Shown: piece after piece, positions 1 to 14,100 of the stretch
How positions within the stretch are numbered: position 1 is the stretch's first letter
Layout of the letters: each line of letters starts with the position of its first letter
Source of the DNA: the human T2T-CHM13v2.0 reference genome, Homo sapiens
Strand: one strand, 5' to 3'
Assembly: GCF_009914755.1 (NCBI RefSeq)
Contig: NC_060943.1
DNA: 64,000 nucleotides
Notes under the pieces: model-generated
Told to the model about the DNA's origin: nothing
Seen by the model: only the letters and a program-made list of their open reading frames with translations
The model's database searches: none
Made by a program: the position numbers and the translations under genes

Positions 1-847
1 AACATGGTGAAATGTCTCTACTAAAAATACAAAAATTGGCCAGGCATTGGTGGTGGGTGCCTGTAATCCCAGCTACTCAGGAGGCTGAGGCAAGAGAATT
101 GCTTGAACTCAGAAGGCAGAGGTTGCAGTGGAAAAAAAAAAAAAGATAATTTCTCTCTCTTTCTCTCTCTCTCTGACACTTGCTTTAGAGGCTACATTAA
201 AAAAAAAAACTAGTTGCCATGCTGGGGAGGGGTTTGGGTTACACAGGTGTATGCACTTATGAAACTTAGTGAAGTGTGTGAATTTCATTGTATGTAAAGT
301 TTACCTCAAAAGAAAATATTGAACGCCAGTTAAAGATACGCCTGTAATCTGACTTCTTTGGGAGGCCAAGGCGGGAGGATCACTTGAGGCCAGGAGTTTG
401 AGACTACCCTGGGCAACACAGCAAGACCTGTCTCTACAAAAATAAATAAGTAAATAAATAGCCAGATGTGGTGGCACACGATTTGCAGTCCCATTACTAG
501 GGGCGGGGAGGGGCGCTGAGGCAGGAGGTTTACTTGAGCCCAGGAGTTCAAGGCTGTATTGTAGTGAACTAAGATCATGCCACTGCACTCCAGCCTGGGC
601 TACAGAGCTAGACCCTGTCTTTAAAAAAAAGAAAAGAAAAAAAAAAGTATGTACACTGAAATATTTAGGGAACAATAAACCAATGTCGACAATTTATTTT
701 GAAATGCATCCAGAGATGAGTTGGATTGATGGATAAATAGTGTAATAGGTAGATGTGAGATAAAGCAAATACAGCAAAGTGTTCATGGTAGGATCTAAGT
801 GGCGGATATGCGGGTGTCCACTGTAAAATTTTTCAACTTTGCTGTAA

Positions 848-1158
<311 letters not shown>

Positions 1159-1201
1159 TCATAATAAAATGATGGAGAATATATGATTGGGGTTGTTTTG
1201 A

Positions 1202-1588
<387 letters not shown>

Positions 1589-1772
1589 TGAGGCACCGCA
1601 CCCGGCCTGTTTCTAACCTTTCTAAGCAAACCATACATTTAAATGAAATCAGAGTGGGCACAGTGGCACAGGCCTGTAATCTCAGCACTTTGGGAGGCCA
1701 AGGCGAGCAGATCACTTGAGGTCACGAGTTAGAGACCAGCCTGGGCAATATAGTGAAACTCTGTCTCCACTA

Positions 1773-2021
<249 letters not shown>

Positions 2022-2664
2022 CTAGCTGGGTCACGGGTGGGGTCTAGAAGCATTCCTGAGGAAGTTACACTTAAGCTGAGACAGGTAGAAATTATCTAGT
2101 TAACAAAGGGCTGTCCTAATTACTCTAGTTGGATAACCGCTCCCAAAACTTAGTGGCATAAAACAATTATTTTATTATGCTCATGGATTCTGAGAGTCAG
2201 AGGTTTGGACAGGGCTCATATGGGGACAATTTTTGTCTCCTCCATGATGTCTGGGGATTCACCTGGAAAGACTCAAAGGTGACTTGATAGACTTGATGGC
2301 TGTGGAGTAGAATCCTCCAGAACTTCTTCCGTGGTCTTCTCCCAGTCTGACTGGGACTATTGACTAATGCCTATACATAGCTCCATTGGCCTGGGCTTCC
2401 TCAAAGCATGTCTGCTTCAGCATAGTCACACTTCACATATGATGCACCATGGTTCTACAGCTCATTCCAGTGGACGAGAACATTGGTCAAGAAGCTGCAT
2501 TGCCTTTCATCACATAGCCTTAGAAATCACCGTGTCACTTCCACTGTTTTCTATTGGTTGAAGCTATCCTAGTCCCACCCAGATTCATAGAAAGCAATCA
2601 TAGAGTCCGCGTCTTGATAAGAAGAGTGTCAGAGAATTTGCAGCTGTTTTAAAATCACTGCAGG

Positions 2665-2788
2665 ACCCCATTCTCCATGATGTGATTATTACACATTGCA
2701 TGCCTGTATCAAAACATCTCATGTGCCCCCTCAATATATATACCTAAATATACCTGTTATGTACCCAGAAAAATTAAAAAATAAAAAA
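2665..2788 (+). mobile_element. Short 5'-truncated L1 (3' UTR end) with 14-bp TSD
   Basis: L1 3'-end sequence with an A tail, flanked by AAAATCACTGCAGG at 2651-2664 and 2789-2802. Confidence 0.8.
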
Positions 2789-3268
2789 AAAATCACTGCA
2801 GGGGTTGATGGGGAAACACTAGACAGAAGGAATATCGTGTGGGAAATCCCTGTGATGAGAGTGAGGTCAGCAAATTTAGTACATAAGTAACTGCACATTC
2901 ACCTCTCCCTCAGCACTCCCTTTCACCAGCCCTTGCTTAATTATTCTCCATAGAATGAATCACCTTCTAATATTTTTTTTTTTTTTCAGACAGAGTCTTG
3001 CTCTGTCTCCCAGGCTGGAGTGCAGTGGCAAAATCTCGGCTGACTACAACCTCCGCCTCCTGGGTTCAAGCAATTCTCCTGTCTCAGGCTCCTGAGTAGC
3101 TGGGATTACAGGCACACGCCACCACACCTGGCTAATTTTAATATTTGTATTTTTAGTAGAGACGGGGTTTCAGCATATTGGCCAGGCTGGTCTCGAACTC
3201 CTGACCTTGTGATCCTCCCGCCTCGGCCTCCCAAAGTGCTGGGGTTACAGGCGTGAGCCACTGTCCCC

Positions 3269-3299
<31 letters not shown>

Positions 3300-4599
3300 T
3301 GAGACAGAGTCTCACTTCAACACCTAAGCTGGAGTGCAGTGGCGCGATCTCGGCTCACAGCAAACTCTGCCACCTGGGTTCAACCCATTCTCTTGCCTCA
3401 GCCTCCCAGGTAGCTGGGATTACAGGCACGCCCGCCGCCACACCTGGCTAATTTTTGTATTTTTAGTAGAGACGGGGTTTCTCCATGCTGGCCATGCTGG
3501 TGTCGAACTCCTGACCTCAAGTGATCTGCCCGCCTTGGCCTCCCAAAGTGTTGGGATTACAGGCGTGAGCCACCACGCCTGGCCTAATATTCTATATTTT
3601 GTTTAATGTTAATTTTGTTCATTGTCTTCTCCCAGTAGCTTTTGAGCTCCAATGTGGGCAGGGTATATTTTCTCCTGGTTTGGTTGTTGATGTATGTACA
3701 AATTGATTAGAGTTTGAGTGAATGAATGAATGAATGAATGAACAGACCAAGACCCTCTGAGATGAGAATTTGTTGAGGGCATGACTAAGGAGAGACCCTC
3801 CTGTGAAGGGCGTTATTACAGTGTTATCTGGGCATGCTCAGTATTAGCAGGCTCCATTGGGAATGGCTTTATGGGGGGCATAAGCATGATCTGGCATTTC
3901 CCCCTAAACATTTTCCTAGAAAAAAAAAATCAAGGCTGGAGATTGGCCCGTAATAAGCAGTAGAAGGGGAAACAAGAAAATGTCCAGTGGGCAGGGGAGG
4001 CCAAATCGCAGAAAGCCTCGGGTTACGTCCTAGGCAAGGTATATGAGGCAACGAGAAACGTCCATGGGCGGAGCGTCCTCGGCATTATGTGAGCGGGGTC
4101 GGGATCAGGACTGAAAAGGTGAGACTTGGGACTGGGACTTTGAAAAGCTGCTTAAGGAACTGGGCACTGCTCTGAGGCCGTGGGAGAATCCAATTAAGAC
4201 TATCAGGGGCTGGCTGGCGTGGTGGCTCACGCCTGTCATCCCAGCGCTTTGAAAGGAGGCTGAGGAGGGAGTATCTCTTGAGCCCCAGAGATCAAGACCA
4301 TCCTGGGTAACATAGTGAGACCCCCATGTCTAAAAAAAATTAGCCAGGCGTGGTAGCGCACGCCTGTAGTCCCAGCTACATGGGAGGTATCGCTTGAGCC
4401 CAGGAGGTTGAGGCTGCAGTAAGCCACGATTGCAGGACTGCGCTCCAGCCTGGGCGACAGAGTGAGACCCTGTCTCTTAAAGAAATAAAAATAAAAAAGT
4501 CAGAAGAATGGACACTGGGAGTGGACGAAAGGTAGGGTCCATTGCTTGGTGTTGGAAGTGTCGGAAGCAAAGCATAAAGAACCTGGGGGCTTGTCTCAG

Positions 4600-5180
4600 G
4601 AGGGCGATGACAGCCAATGAAAAGCAGTCATGGGCGTGGCGCTGTCAAACTTCGAGGGGCGGGACCGAGGACACAGAGCCGGGGCGGAGCCCAAGGTGAA
4701 ACCAATGAGAAGCCTCCGGGTGGGCGGGGCATCGGCCTAAGGCCAAGGGCGGAGCCAATGAGAAGCAGCGCCGCGTTCCCGCTGCCCCCCGCCCCCGTGG
4801 GGCGCGCGCCGGAGCCACGGGCAGCCGTTAGGGGCGGGGTCTGCAGCCGCCCGCGCGCGGCTCGCGCCCTCCCCTTTGTGTCGCCATGGCGGCGGCAGCG
4901 GCGACGAGAACGGCGAGCGAGGGGTCGAGCGCGGCCGGGGCCTGAGGAGGCTACGCGACCATGGTGGTAAGGGTCCCACGCGGCCGTCAGCCTGTCCGTC
5001 CGGATGTCAGTCTGTCCGTGCGCAGCCCCGCCCCGCGCGCCCCGCCCCCGGCCCCGCCCGATCCCGCGGCCTGTGCTTCAGCCGTGGTCCCTCCCGTCCT
5101 GCGGCCCCATCCCGGGTCCCAGCCCGTACCTCGACCCCGCCCCCTAAGCGCGCATCCCCGTCTTCCACGCCCTGGATGGG
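4600..5180 (+). promoter_or_regulatory. CpG-island, TATA-less ARHGAP33 promoter with three CCAAT boxes and several GC boxes
   Basis: CCAATGA at 4614, 4702 and 4755. GGGCGG boxes near 4657, 4682, 4722, 4747 and 4832. CpG density is high across exon 1. Confidence 0.85.
4886..4945 (+). other. Upstream ORF (19 aa, MAAAAATRTASEGSSAAGA*) in the ARHGAP33 5' leader
   Basis: gccATGG at 4886 and TGA at 4943-4945, in the same frame as the main ATG at 4961. Confidence 0.65.
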
Positions 5181-8100
5181 GTGACAGGGACCTAGGGCCT
5201 GGGCTGGGAGGAGGCGGGGCTAGTCCAGGAAGGGACCCGCGCCACCCAAGTGGCCCCTGCAGGGGCCTCCTGAGGCTCCTGGGTCCTTCCCCAGCTCCCA
5301 TCCCAGCACCTTCCTCGGCATCCTTCTGCCAGCCCTCAGCCCTCCCCGGCGGAGCCCCCTCCTCCTCCCCACAGCCCCTTTCTCATTCCCGAGCCCCACC
5401 CCCCACCCGCTCCATCCCCAGCCTGACCCTTTTCTTCTCCTTCTCCCTCATTTTCACCCTATCCCAGTTCCTCTCAATCCCCCCCGCCCCGCATCAGTCT
5501 GAGCCTTTGCCTCGTCTCTCCAGCCACTCCTTCCTTACTCCACCCCAACAGGCCAGCACTGTACCTCCCTTGATCCTCGGGTCTGCTCCATCTCCTTGTC
5601 CTCATCCCCCTCCCCCACCATTTCCCTCTCCCACCATGCTGCTCCCGCTCATTCATCCATTCATTCCCTCACTTAGCAGACATTCACTGAGACCGCCTCT
5701 GTGCAGGCCCCACGCTCCAGGCACAGAGAGAGTCAGCTCCCATCCTGCCTTGGGGAACCTTATGGGCTGGAGGGGGACAGACCCTGAGGGTGAGACCCTG
5801 AGGGTGACTGGGGGTTGCAGGGACATGGAGCAGGGAGACGCTACAGCCCAGTGAATCTGTCTGGCAGCTGGTTAATTTATTCATCAGATTTTACCCAGTC
5901 CCTGCTGCGCGCGACTGGGCTGGCACTGGGGACCCAGAAAAGAATCAGGAACAATCATGTCTGAACACCAACTCAATGCCCAGCTCTATGCTGGGGAGCT
6001 CAGTCTGGGGCCCTCCTTCTGGGAGGCCGGTCATAGTCCAATGAGAGAGATGAACTTGTCACCACCAGTGCCATCTCAGAGTGATCAGAGCTGTGAAGGG
6101 AGAAGCTCTGGTCAAGGCATGGAACCTGGGATGGGGGAACCTCAGGGGATGGAGAGAGTCCAGAGGAGATGCCAGGTGCAGCCTGAAGGGTCAGGGAGAA
6201 CTTCCTGGAGGAGGGCACATGTGAGTTGGGACCTGAGGGGTGGGAGTGAGGATGAATGTACCCAGGGAAAGGTGGGGCGAGTGTTCCAGGCTGAGGGAAC
6301 AGCCTTTGCAAAGGCCTAGAAGGAAATGAGAAGAGGGTGCTTTTTTTGGACTCTTAGAAGTTCAAGAGCTCTGAGAGTGGGGGCAATGGGAAGAGATGGG
6401 ACTGGAGAGGTAAACAGAAATCAGCTCAGGGAAGTCTCGATTATCAGACCAGAGAATTCAGACTTCGTCTTGAAGACAACAGGGAGTCATTGAAGGCCCA
6501 GGATCTATGGAGAAATAGAGCCAGATTTGTGTTTTCTGAAAACGATCCAGGCTATTGCGGAAAAGCTGGCAGGAGGGGAGAGGCTGGAAGCAGGAAGGCT
6601 GATGAGATGGGAGTTGTGATTGTCTAGACAGTGGTAGGAGATCACTGTACTCTGCAGGGGCTACGGAAGGGTTTTCAGCAGGGAGAGATGGGACCAGCAT
6701 GCTCTCCATCCTGTTGCCCCGCCTCACGTCTGGCCCCTGCTTCTCCAGTCCCCCACCCCAGACCACACACGAAGAAGCAGTCCTGTCCTCAGCCCAGCCC
6801 TCACCTCCCCCGACCTGCCATCCTGCTTCATGCTCAGGGCGGTGTGTGGAGCGCCCGGGGCTCTGGACCCGCGCTGCCAGATAACAATGCTCTCGTTGTC
6901 TCTTTGCTCCCATCTCTGGGGGCCTCTGATTCTTTCTGCTCTACAGGCACGCAGCACTGACAGCCTGGATGGCCCAGGGGAGGGCTCGGTGCAGCCTCTA
7001 CCCACTGCTGGGGGGCCCAGTGTGAAGGGGAAGCCTGGGAAGAGGTGAGGGTGAGGGAGGAAAGGGCTCAGCTAGGAGCTGGGGAGACTCAAGGAGCTGC
7101 TGGTGACGCATCCCCTGTCTCCCAGGCTCTCAGCTCCTCGAGGCCCCTTCCCGCGGCTGGCTGACTGCGCCCATTTCCACTACGAGAACGTTGACTTTGG
7201 CCACATTCAGGTATGGGGGCTTTGCATTTGCACCCAGGAGGGAAGACAATATCCTACCCAACCTTGCAACGATATCAGGTGCTTTGCTTCTGAAACTTAT
7301 CCCTGTGACTGGCTGCTGCACGCGTCTGAGCAGTCAGTAGCAAAAGTTGCAGGAGCCACAGCAGATGGGGAGAGCTGCTCATTCATTCATCCATTTGTTC
7401 TTTTATTCATTCAACAACAACTTTTGTTAGGTATCTGCTCTATGTCAGGGACCAGGACATCACCAGGCCCTGTCCTCGGGGAGGTCCAGAAGGGAGTCAC
7501 AAACCCGTCCCTAGATAGTGCCATCCCCAGGAGGTCAGGACTGGGACAAAAGTCCACCTGGGCCTTGCTTTCCCTCTGCAGCTCCTGCTGTCTCCAGACC
7601 GTGAAGGGCCCAGCCTCTCTGGAGAGAATGAGCTGGTGTTCGGGGTGCAGGTGACCTGTCAGGTGAGGCCATCCCGCCTCTCATCTAGCCTGAGAGAATG
7701 GCCACTGTAGTCCTCAGCTCGGTGTCATGGGGCCCCTGCTCCCTTCTGTCCCTCTGCTCCCACAGGGCCGTTCCTGGCCGGTTCTCCGGAGTTACGATGA
7801 CTTTCGTTCCCTGGATGCCCACCTCCACCGGTGCATATTTGACCGGAGGTTCTCCTGCCTTCCGGAGCTTCCCCCGCCCCCCGAGGGTGCCAGGGCTGCC
7901 CAGGTAACCTGCTTGTTGTCTCAGCCCCTGCCTCATGAGTGTGTCCTCATCCACAGTGTGAAATCATCAAGGCAGCGGGATAGAGAAATATTTAAATACT
8001 GGTATGGCCCAAGTCCCAACCAATCTGAATGAATGGAGAAGCCTTAGAAACGTAGTAGGCTTCTGCTACATTTAGCTTTGCTAAGTTTTAGGATCATGGG

Positions 8101-11100
8101 GAGTTCCAGGGGGTCCCATGGGAGGGTCACCATGGTCATGCCAACCAGGGTACTCAAGAGCTTGGCCCAGCCTGCTTATTCATTCATATGCCCATATCTC
8201 AGTACCTAACAGCTGAGCAGCACCCATGTGTTCAGGATGAACTTCAGCCCAGAGACGAGCTAGGGCAGTGTGGGAGGGCAGTGGGCTCTCTCACGTCCAC
8301 TCACAGAGGCCCACTCTGACAACCTGCCCCCAGATGCTGGTGCCACTGCTGCTGCAGTACCTGGAGACACTGTCAGGACTGGTGGACAGTAACCTCAACT
8401 GCGGGCCTGTGCTCACCTGGATGGAGGTGGGCCTGGGCAGGGGGCTTGGAGATTCCGAGTGGGTGAGGGGGTGTCTGAGGGGCGAGAAGCAGCCTCGGTG
8501 TGTGTGTGGGCATAGAAAAGAAAGGAGCCAGAGTGGAGGAGGCGTTGATATTTTAGTGTCTGTGTGGGCGCATGCCTGTGAGAGAATGTGTGTGAGCATG
8601 TGTGTGTGTGCACGTGTGTGTGTTAGCAGGTGTTCGGCTTTAAGGATACAAGGGTTTAAATGTATATCAGTTAGAAATGGGTTGGGCTGTAACTCACAGA
8701 ACACCTGGCTATGAGTGGCTTAAACCAGAGGGGTTTTTTTTCTTTTCTTGAGATGGAGTTTTACTCTTGTTGCCCAGGCTGGAGTGCAGTGGCATGATCT
8801 CGCCCACCACAACCCCTGCCTCCCAGGTTCAAGTGATTCTTTTGCCTCAGCCTCCTGAGTAGCTGGGATTACAGGCATGTGCCACCACGCCCGGCTAATT
8901 TTATATTTTCAGTAGAGACTGGGTTTCTCCATGTTGGTCAGACTGGTCTCAAACTCCTGACCTCAGGTGTTCCGCCCACCTCAGCCTCCTAAAGTGTTGG
9001 GATTATAGGCATGAGCCACTGTGCCTGGCCTCTGGCTAATTAAAAAAAAATGTTTTGTAGAGACAGAGTTTTGCTATGTTGACCAGGCTGGTCTTGAACT
9101 CCTGGGGTCAAGCAATTCTCCAGGCTCACCCTCCCAAAGTGCTGGGATTACAGGCGTGTGCCACCACGCCCAGCACAGAGAGATTTTAGATGGCAACCGT
9201 GTGGCATCTGCTGTGGAGGATGAAGGTGCAGAGGTGGATGGGGAAGCCTTCAGGTGGGGAAGCCTTTGGGTGGGAGAGTCCTGGGACATGTGAGGGGAAA
9301 TAAAGGGGTTTTTCTTAGAGGTTTCCCCACCCGCAGAGGGTGCCAGGGCTGCATCCCTACAAACAGGAATCTAGGTGTTTGACCAATAGCTCTGAGTGAC
9401 AGGGGCTCTTGACGGGGGCGGGCAGTGGCCTCACCCAGCGCGGAGGAGCTTGGTATGCCTGCACTAACACCGTCTTCTGACCTGTCCTTGCCACATTCCA
9501 CCTCTATTTCAGCTGGACAATCACGGCCGGCGACTGCTCCTCAGTGAGGAGGCGTCACTCAATATCCCTGCAGTGGCGGCCGCCCATGTGATCAAACGGT
9601 ATACAGCCCAGGCGCCAGATGAGCTGTCCTTTGAGGTGAGGCTGTGGGGAAGCAGATTCCAGCTGGGCTCCCCACACCCCCTGCTCCTTCTGACCCTTCT
9701 CTTCCCACCCGCCCTCTCCCAGGTGGGAGACATTGTCTCGGTGATCGACATGCCACCCACAGAGGATCGGAGCTGGTGGCGGGGCAAGCGAGGCTTCCAG
9801 GTGAGTCCAGCTGGGCGCGGACAGGTGGGGCTGGGGTACCTGCCAACTGGGGTGGCCCAGCTACTGACCCTGACCTTCCTCAGGTCGGGTTCTTCCCCAG
9901 TGAGTGTGTGGAACTCTTCACAGAGCGGCCAGGTCCGGGCCTGAAGGCGGGTAAGTGCCATGGATGGATGGGAGGTGTGGGGAGGGGTGGGAAGGGGTGG
10001 GGCCTCCTGCGTCTTTTGCCTCCCACTCATCCCTTCCACCCCATTTTTCGCCTAGCAGATGCCGATGGCCCCCCATGTGGCATCCCGGCTCCCCAGGGTA
10101 TCTCGTCTCTGACCTCAGGTAATAGAAATAGGCGGTCAGGTCCCAGCCCCTACCCCACCAGGCCCCTGGCCATGCTGACCCCACAAGACCTGCCTTTGCC
10201 CTTTGCCCCTTGCCCCCACAGCTGTGCCACGGCCTCGTGGGAAGCTGGCCGGCCTGCTCCGCACCTTCATGCGCTCCCGCCCTTCTCGGCAGCGGCTGCG
10301 GCAGCGGGGAATCCTGCGACAGAGGGTGTTTGGCTGCGATCTTGGCGAGCACCTCAGCAACTCAGGCCAGGATGGTGAGGCCGGGGCCCACCCACCCCAC
10401 CCGTCACACCAGGGCTGCGGCCCACCCAGCCCTGACCTTGCTTTCTCCCAGTGCCCCAGGTGCTGCGCTGCTGCTCCGAGTTCATTGAGGCCCACGGGGT
10501 GGTGGATGGGATCTACCGGCTCTCAGGCGTGTCTTCCAACATCCAGAGGCTTCGGTGAGGGCCCTTAGCCAACCCTGTCCTTCCACAGGCACTCACCCAG
10601 CACCTCCACTCCAGCCCCGTGCTGCATGCTGGGGACACAGTTACCAGGAGTCAGGAGTGGCAGGATCAAGGCTGGGGTCAGGGACAGCTCTCTTGAGAGT
10701 AGAGTTAGCAGTCTAAGCGAGGACTATCTTCACCGAGCACCTGCCACGTGCCAGGCACTGTTCTAGGCACTGGGGACGCAGCAGTGAGTGAGACAGCCAG
10801 AAACCCCTGCCCTCATAGGGCCCATGGGCTAGAGGAAGAGACAAACAGGGGAGGGATAGAGTTCACCAGAAGATGACAGGTACTATGGAGGAAAACAGAT
10901 TGGGGTAAGGAGGATGGCGACGAAGAGCCAAGAGGGAGGCCTGCAGTTTTGGATGGCAAGGGCAGAGCCACCTCATGCGAGGGTCTGGAGGAGGGGAGGG
11001 GCAGGCCATGCAGAGGGAGCAGCAGGGCAAAGGGAACAGCAACAGGAGGCCATGGCCAAGGAGTCCCCGTGCCAGCGCAGGCAAAGCCTTCATGTTAGGG

Positions 11101-14100
11101 TTTTGGCTTTTACTATAAGTGAAGGGGGAACCGCAGGAGGGCTCTGAGCCGGGGCGGGGTCTAGAGGCGGGGAGGAGCCAGGCGAGATCTCGGCCTGCAG
11201 GAGGCTGAGAGGGGAGTGCTTGAAGCCTGCAGGGGGGTGGCCAAGAGGGAGGCAGGAGGTGGCAATGGGTGGGAGATTTTACCACAGGCAGTGGGGCCCC
11301 ACCAGAGAATTGGGAGTAGCAGGGTGCTGGGATTTTGTCCACATTTTCCAGTGCCCTCTTACAGCCAGGAGAATGGCAGCTGCATGGTAGGAGCTGCTCA
11401 TGCTCTGGAGTCAGACAGTCTTGGGTAGCTGCAGGCAGAGGCACCTCTGTCTGAGCCTCAGCATCCTCCTCTGTAAATGCGGCACCCTTCTCTTTGCCAC
11501 ACAGGCTTGCTGGGGAGTTCAGTAAGGTTCTGCCTCTGAAGAGCCCAGTGTAGGACCTGGGGAAGAGGGTTCCATCCACCTGCGGGCACTTGGGGGTAGG
11601 GGCAAGGGGAGCATGGCCACGTGAGCGAGCCCCTCTGACCTGGATCTTCCTCCTCCTTGACACGGTGGTCTCAGGCACGAGTTTGACAGTGAGAGGATCC
11701 CGGAGCTGTCTGGCCCTGCATTCCTGCAGGACATCCACAGCGTGTCCTCCCTCTGCAAGCTCTACTTCCGAGAGCTTCCGAACCCTCTGCTCACCTACCA
11801 GCTCTATGGGAAGTTCAGTGTGAGTAAGGGAGCTGGCGGGACGGAGGGGGCCGGGACGCCTCTGGCCCAGACCTCATCACACCTGCCCACCATCTCAGGA
11901 GGCCATGTCAGTGCCTGGGGAGGAGGAGCGTCTAGTGCGGGTGCACGATGTCATCCAGCAGCTGCCCCCACCACATTACAGGTAAACCAGGAGGGGCAGG
12001 GCGGGACTTGGTGGGATTCCAAGGGGGTTGAGGCTCAGGTGCCCCCTCTGCTCCCACCCCCAGGACCCTGGAGTACCTGCTGAGGCACCTGGCCCGCATG
12101 GCGAGACACAGTGCCAACACCAGCATGCATGCCCGCAACCTGGCCATTGTCTGGGCACCCAACCTGCTACGGTGAGCTGCTTGCTCGCCTGCCTGCCCCT
12201 CAGGTCTTTCCCCAAAACCACCCCAGGAACCCGCCCAGCTTTTCTTTTGTTTATTCATCGAATACGTGTCTATCAAATACCTCCCATGGACCTGGCCCCG
12301 TCCCTAGCACTGGGGACCCAGCACTGAGCATGGCCCTGTCCTCCTGGGACTCATGTTCTCATGGAGGAGATGGACCATGAACATCAACAGGAAAAATACA
12401 GAGTAAAGTCTGATGGTGATGAGTGCTGAGGAGGAGAGAGGAGGAGGGAAGGGCAGTGTGCAGGGTCAGGGCAGTGTGAAGTTTTTAGCGAGAGTGGCAA
12501 GGGAGGCTTTGGCAGGTCTTCTGTGGCCAGCAGCAGAATAAGCCTGGAGGATTTGATGGTGAACGAGACAGGCATGATCTCTCCCCTGCCGGAGTTCACA
12601 GTCTTCTGGGGGCACAGATACATAAACAAGTAAAACAGGTGGTATGTCAGAGGACGGGCGTAAGATGTACGGAGAAAAATAAACGAGAAAGGCCAGGGGT
12701 ACAGAGAAGGGAGTGTACAGTTTTGAATAAAGTGGGTGAGGAAGACTGCACTAAGAAGGCAATATTTGAGTCAAGACCTGCAGAGGATGAGGGAGGGCCC
12801 CAGGTGCGCACGTGGGGAGTGACAGGCTGAGGGAACGGCAGGTGCAGACATCTGGGCCTGGGCCGGTGCCTGGTGTGTTGGAGGAGCTGCAGGGAGGCCG
12901 GTGTGGCTGGAGCTGAGTGAGTGAGGGGCTGAGGGAGAGGAGATGATGAGGTCAGAGAGGTGACGGGGACCAGACAGAGGGGTGACTCACAGGTCATGGG
13001 TCACAGTGAGGACTTTGCTCTTGCCTGGAGCGAGGTGCAGCCAGGGCAGGGCTCTGAGCCAGGCGGGCCCTGATGGAACTCAGGTGGTCTCAGGCTCCCT
13101 CTGGCTGCAGGTGGGAGCATACTTTAGGGTGGGGACCGGAAGGAGGCTCTGGGATGTCCAGGCTGGGGGAGATGGAGGCTGGGCCAGATGGGGGGCAGTG
13201 GAGGGGGTGACAGATTGATTGTGGGAGTTAAAGAGGGGGGCTCAGGGCAACCCCAAGGTGTTTGGCCAGAGCCACAGGAAGAACCACACTGAGATGGGGA
13301 AGGCAGGAGGGGCGGGTCTGGGGGAAGGTTGAGAGCCCAGCGAGGCGTGATCAGTTTGAGGTCAGAGGTGTTGAATAGACAGTCACTGCCTCCCCTGGCT
13401 CCCCTCATTGCCCTGCCAGAACCTGCTGGCTGGGCTCAAGGCACCCAGCCTCCCTCCCGCTCCTCCCACCCAGATCCATGGAGCTGGAGTCAGTGGGAAT
13501 GGGTGGCGCGGCGGCGTTCCGGGAAGTTCGGGTGCAGTCGGTGGTGGTGGAGTTTCTGCTCACCCATGTGGACGTCCTGTTCAGCGACACCTTCACCTCC
13601 GCCGGCCTCGACCCTGCAGGTATGCCCTCCCACCCCCTGAGGTCCTGGCTACTGCCCACCACGATCAGGGCTGCAGGGGGAGGGCAGGTGGGCTCCCAGT
13701 CCCGTCCCCACCCCACTGAAGCTGGGCCTCCCTCCGGCTCCTTGAGGATCCCGCCCCGGCCTCTCCCTCCCCGCGCCCCCCTCCTTCTCATTTCAGCTCC
13801 TCCGCTCAGGATTCCCACCTCTTGGCCCGGACGCCGCTCTTCCTTCACCCCTTGTAGCTCCTGGGGGCGCTTGGGGCCATGGGTCCACCTGGGAGGAGGT
13901 GGGAGGTCCCCAGACTTGACCCCGCCCCGGCCCCACCCAGACTCCCCGCCCTGCCCCGGACCCCAGCCCAGTCAGGACTCAGCACGTCGGAGGGCCCTCT
14001 GGCCCGAGGTAACTGAAGCCAGAGCCGCTGCCCTCGCTGGCTGCCGGGAGCTGCCTCCTCATCAGCTCGTCCCGCCCCGCCCTCCTCCCACCTGCCTGCT

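Noticed and set aside
1-400. Possible 3' UTR of the upstream neighbouring gene (recalled as PROSER3)
   Set aside because: Only repeat sequence is visible, so it cannot be supported from this window.
4961-5854. 297-aa ORF from the ARHGAP33 ATG
   Set aside because: It reads through the GT donor at 4967 into a C-rich intron, has low complexity and shows no domain.
9021-9293. Protein-like peptide [24 protein letters not shown] after an Alu in ARHGAP33 intron 6
   Set aside because: I found no convincing frame-compatible splice pair linking it to the coding exons.
10863-11738. 291-aa minus-strand ORF
   Set aside because: It spans an exon antisense plus L2/MIR-derived intron, with no motif or splice support.
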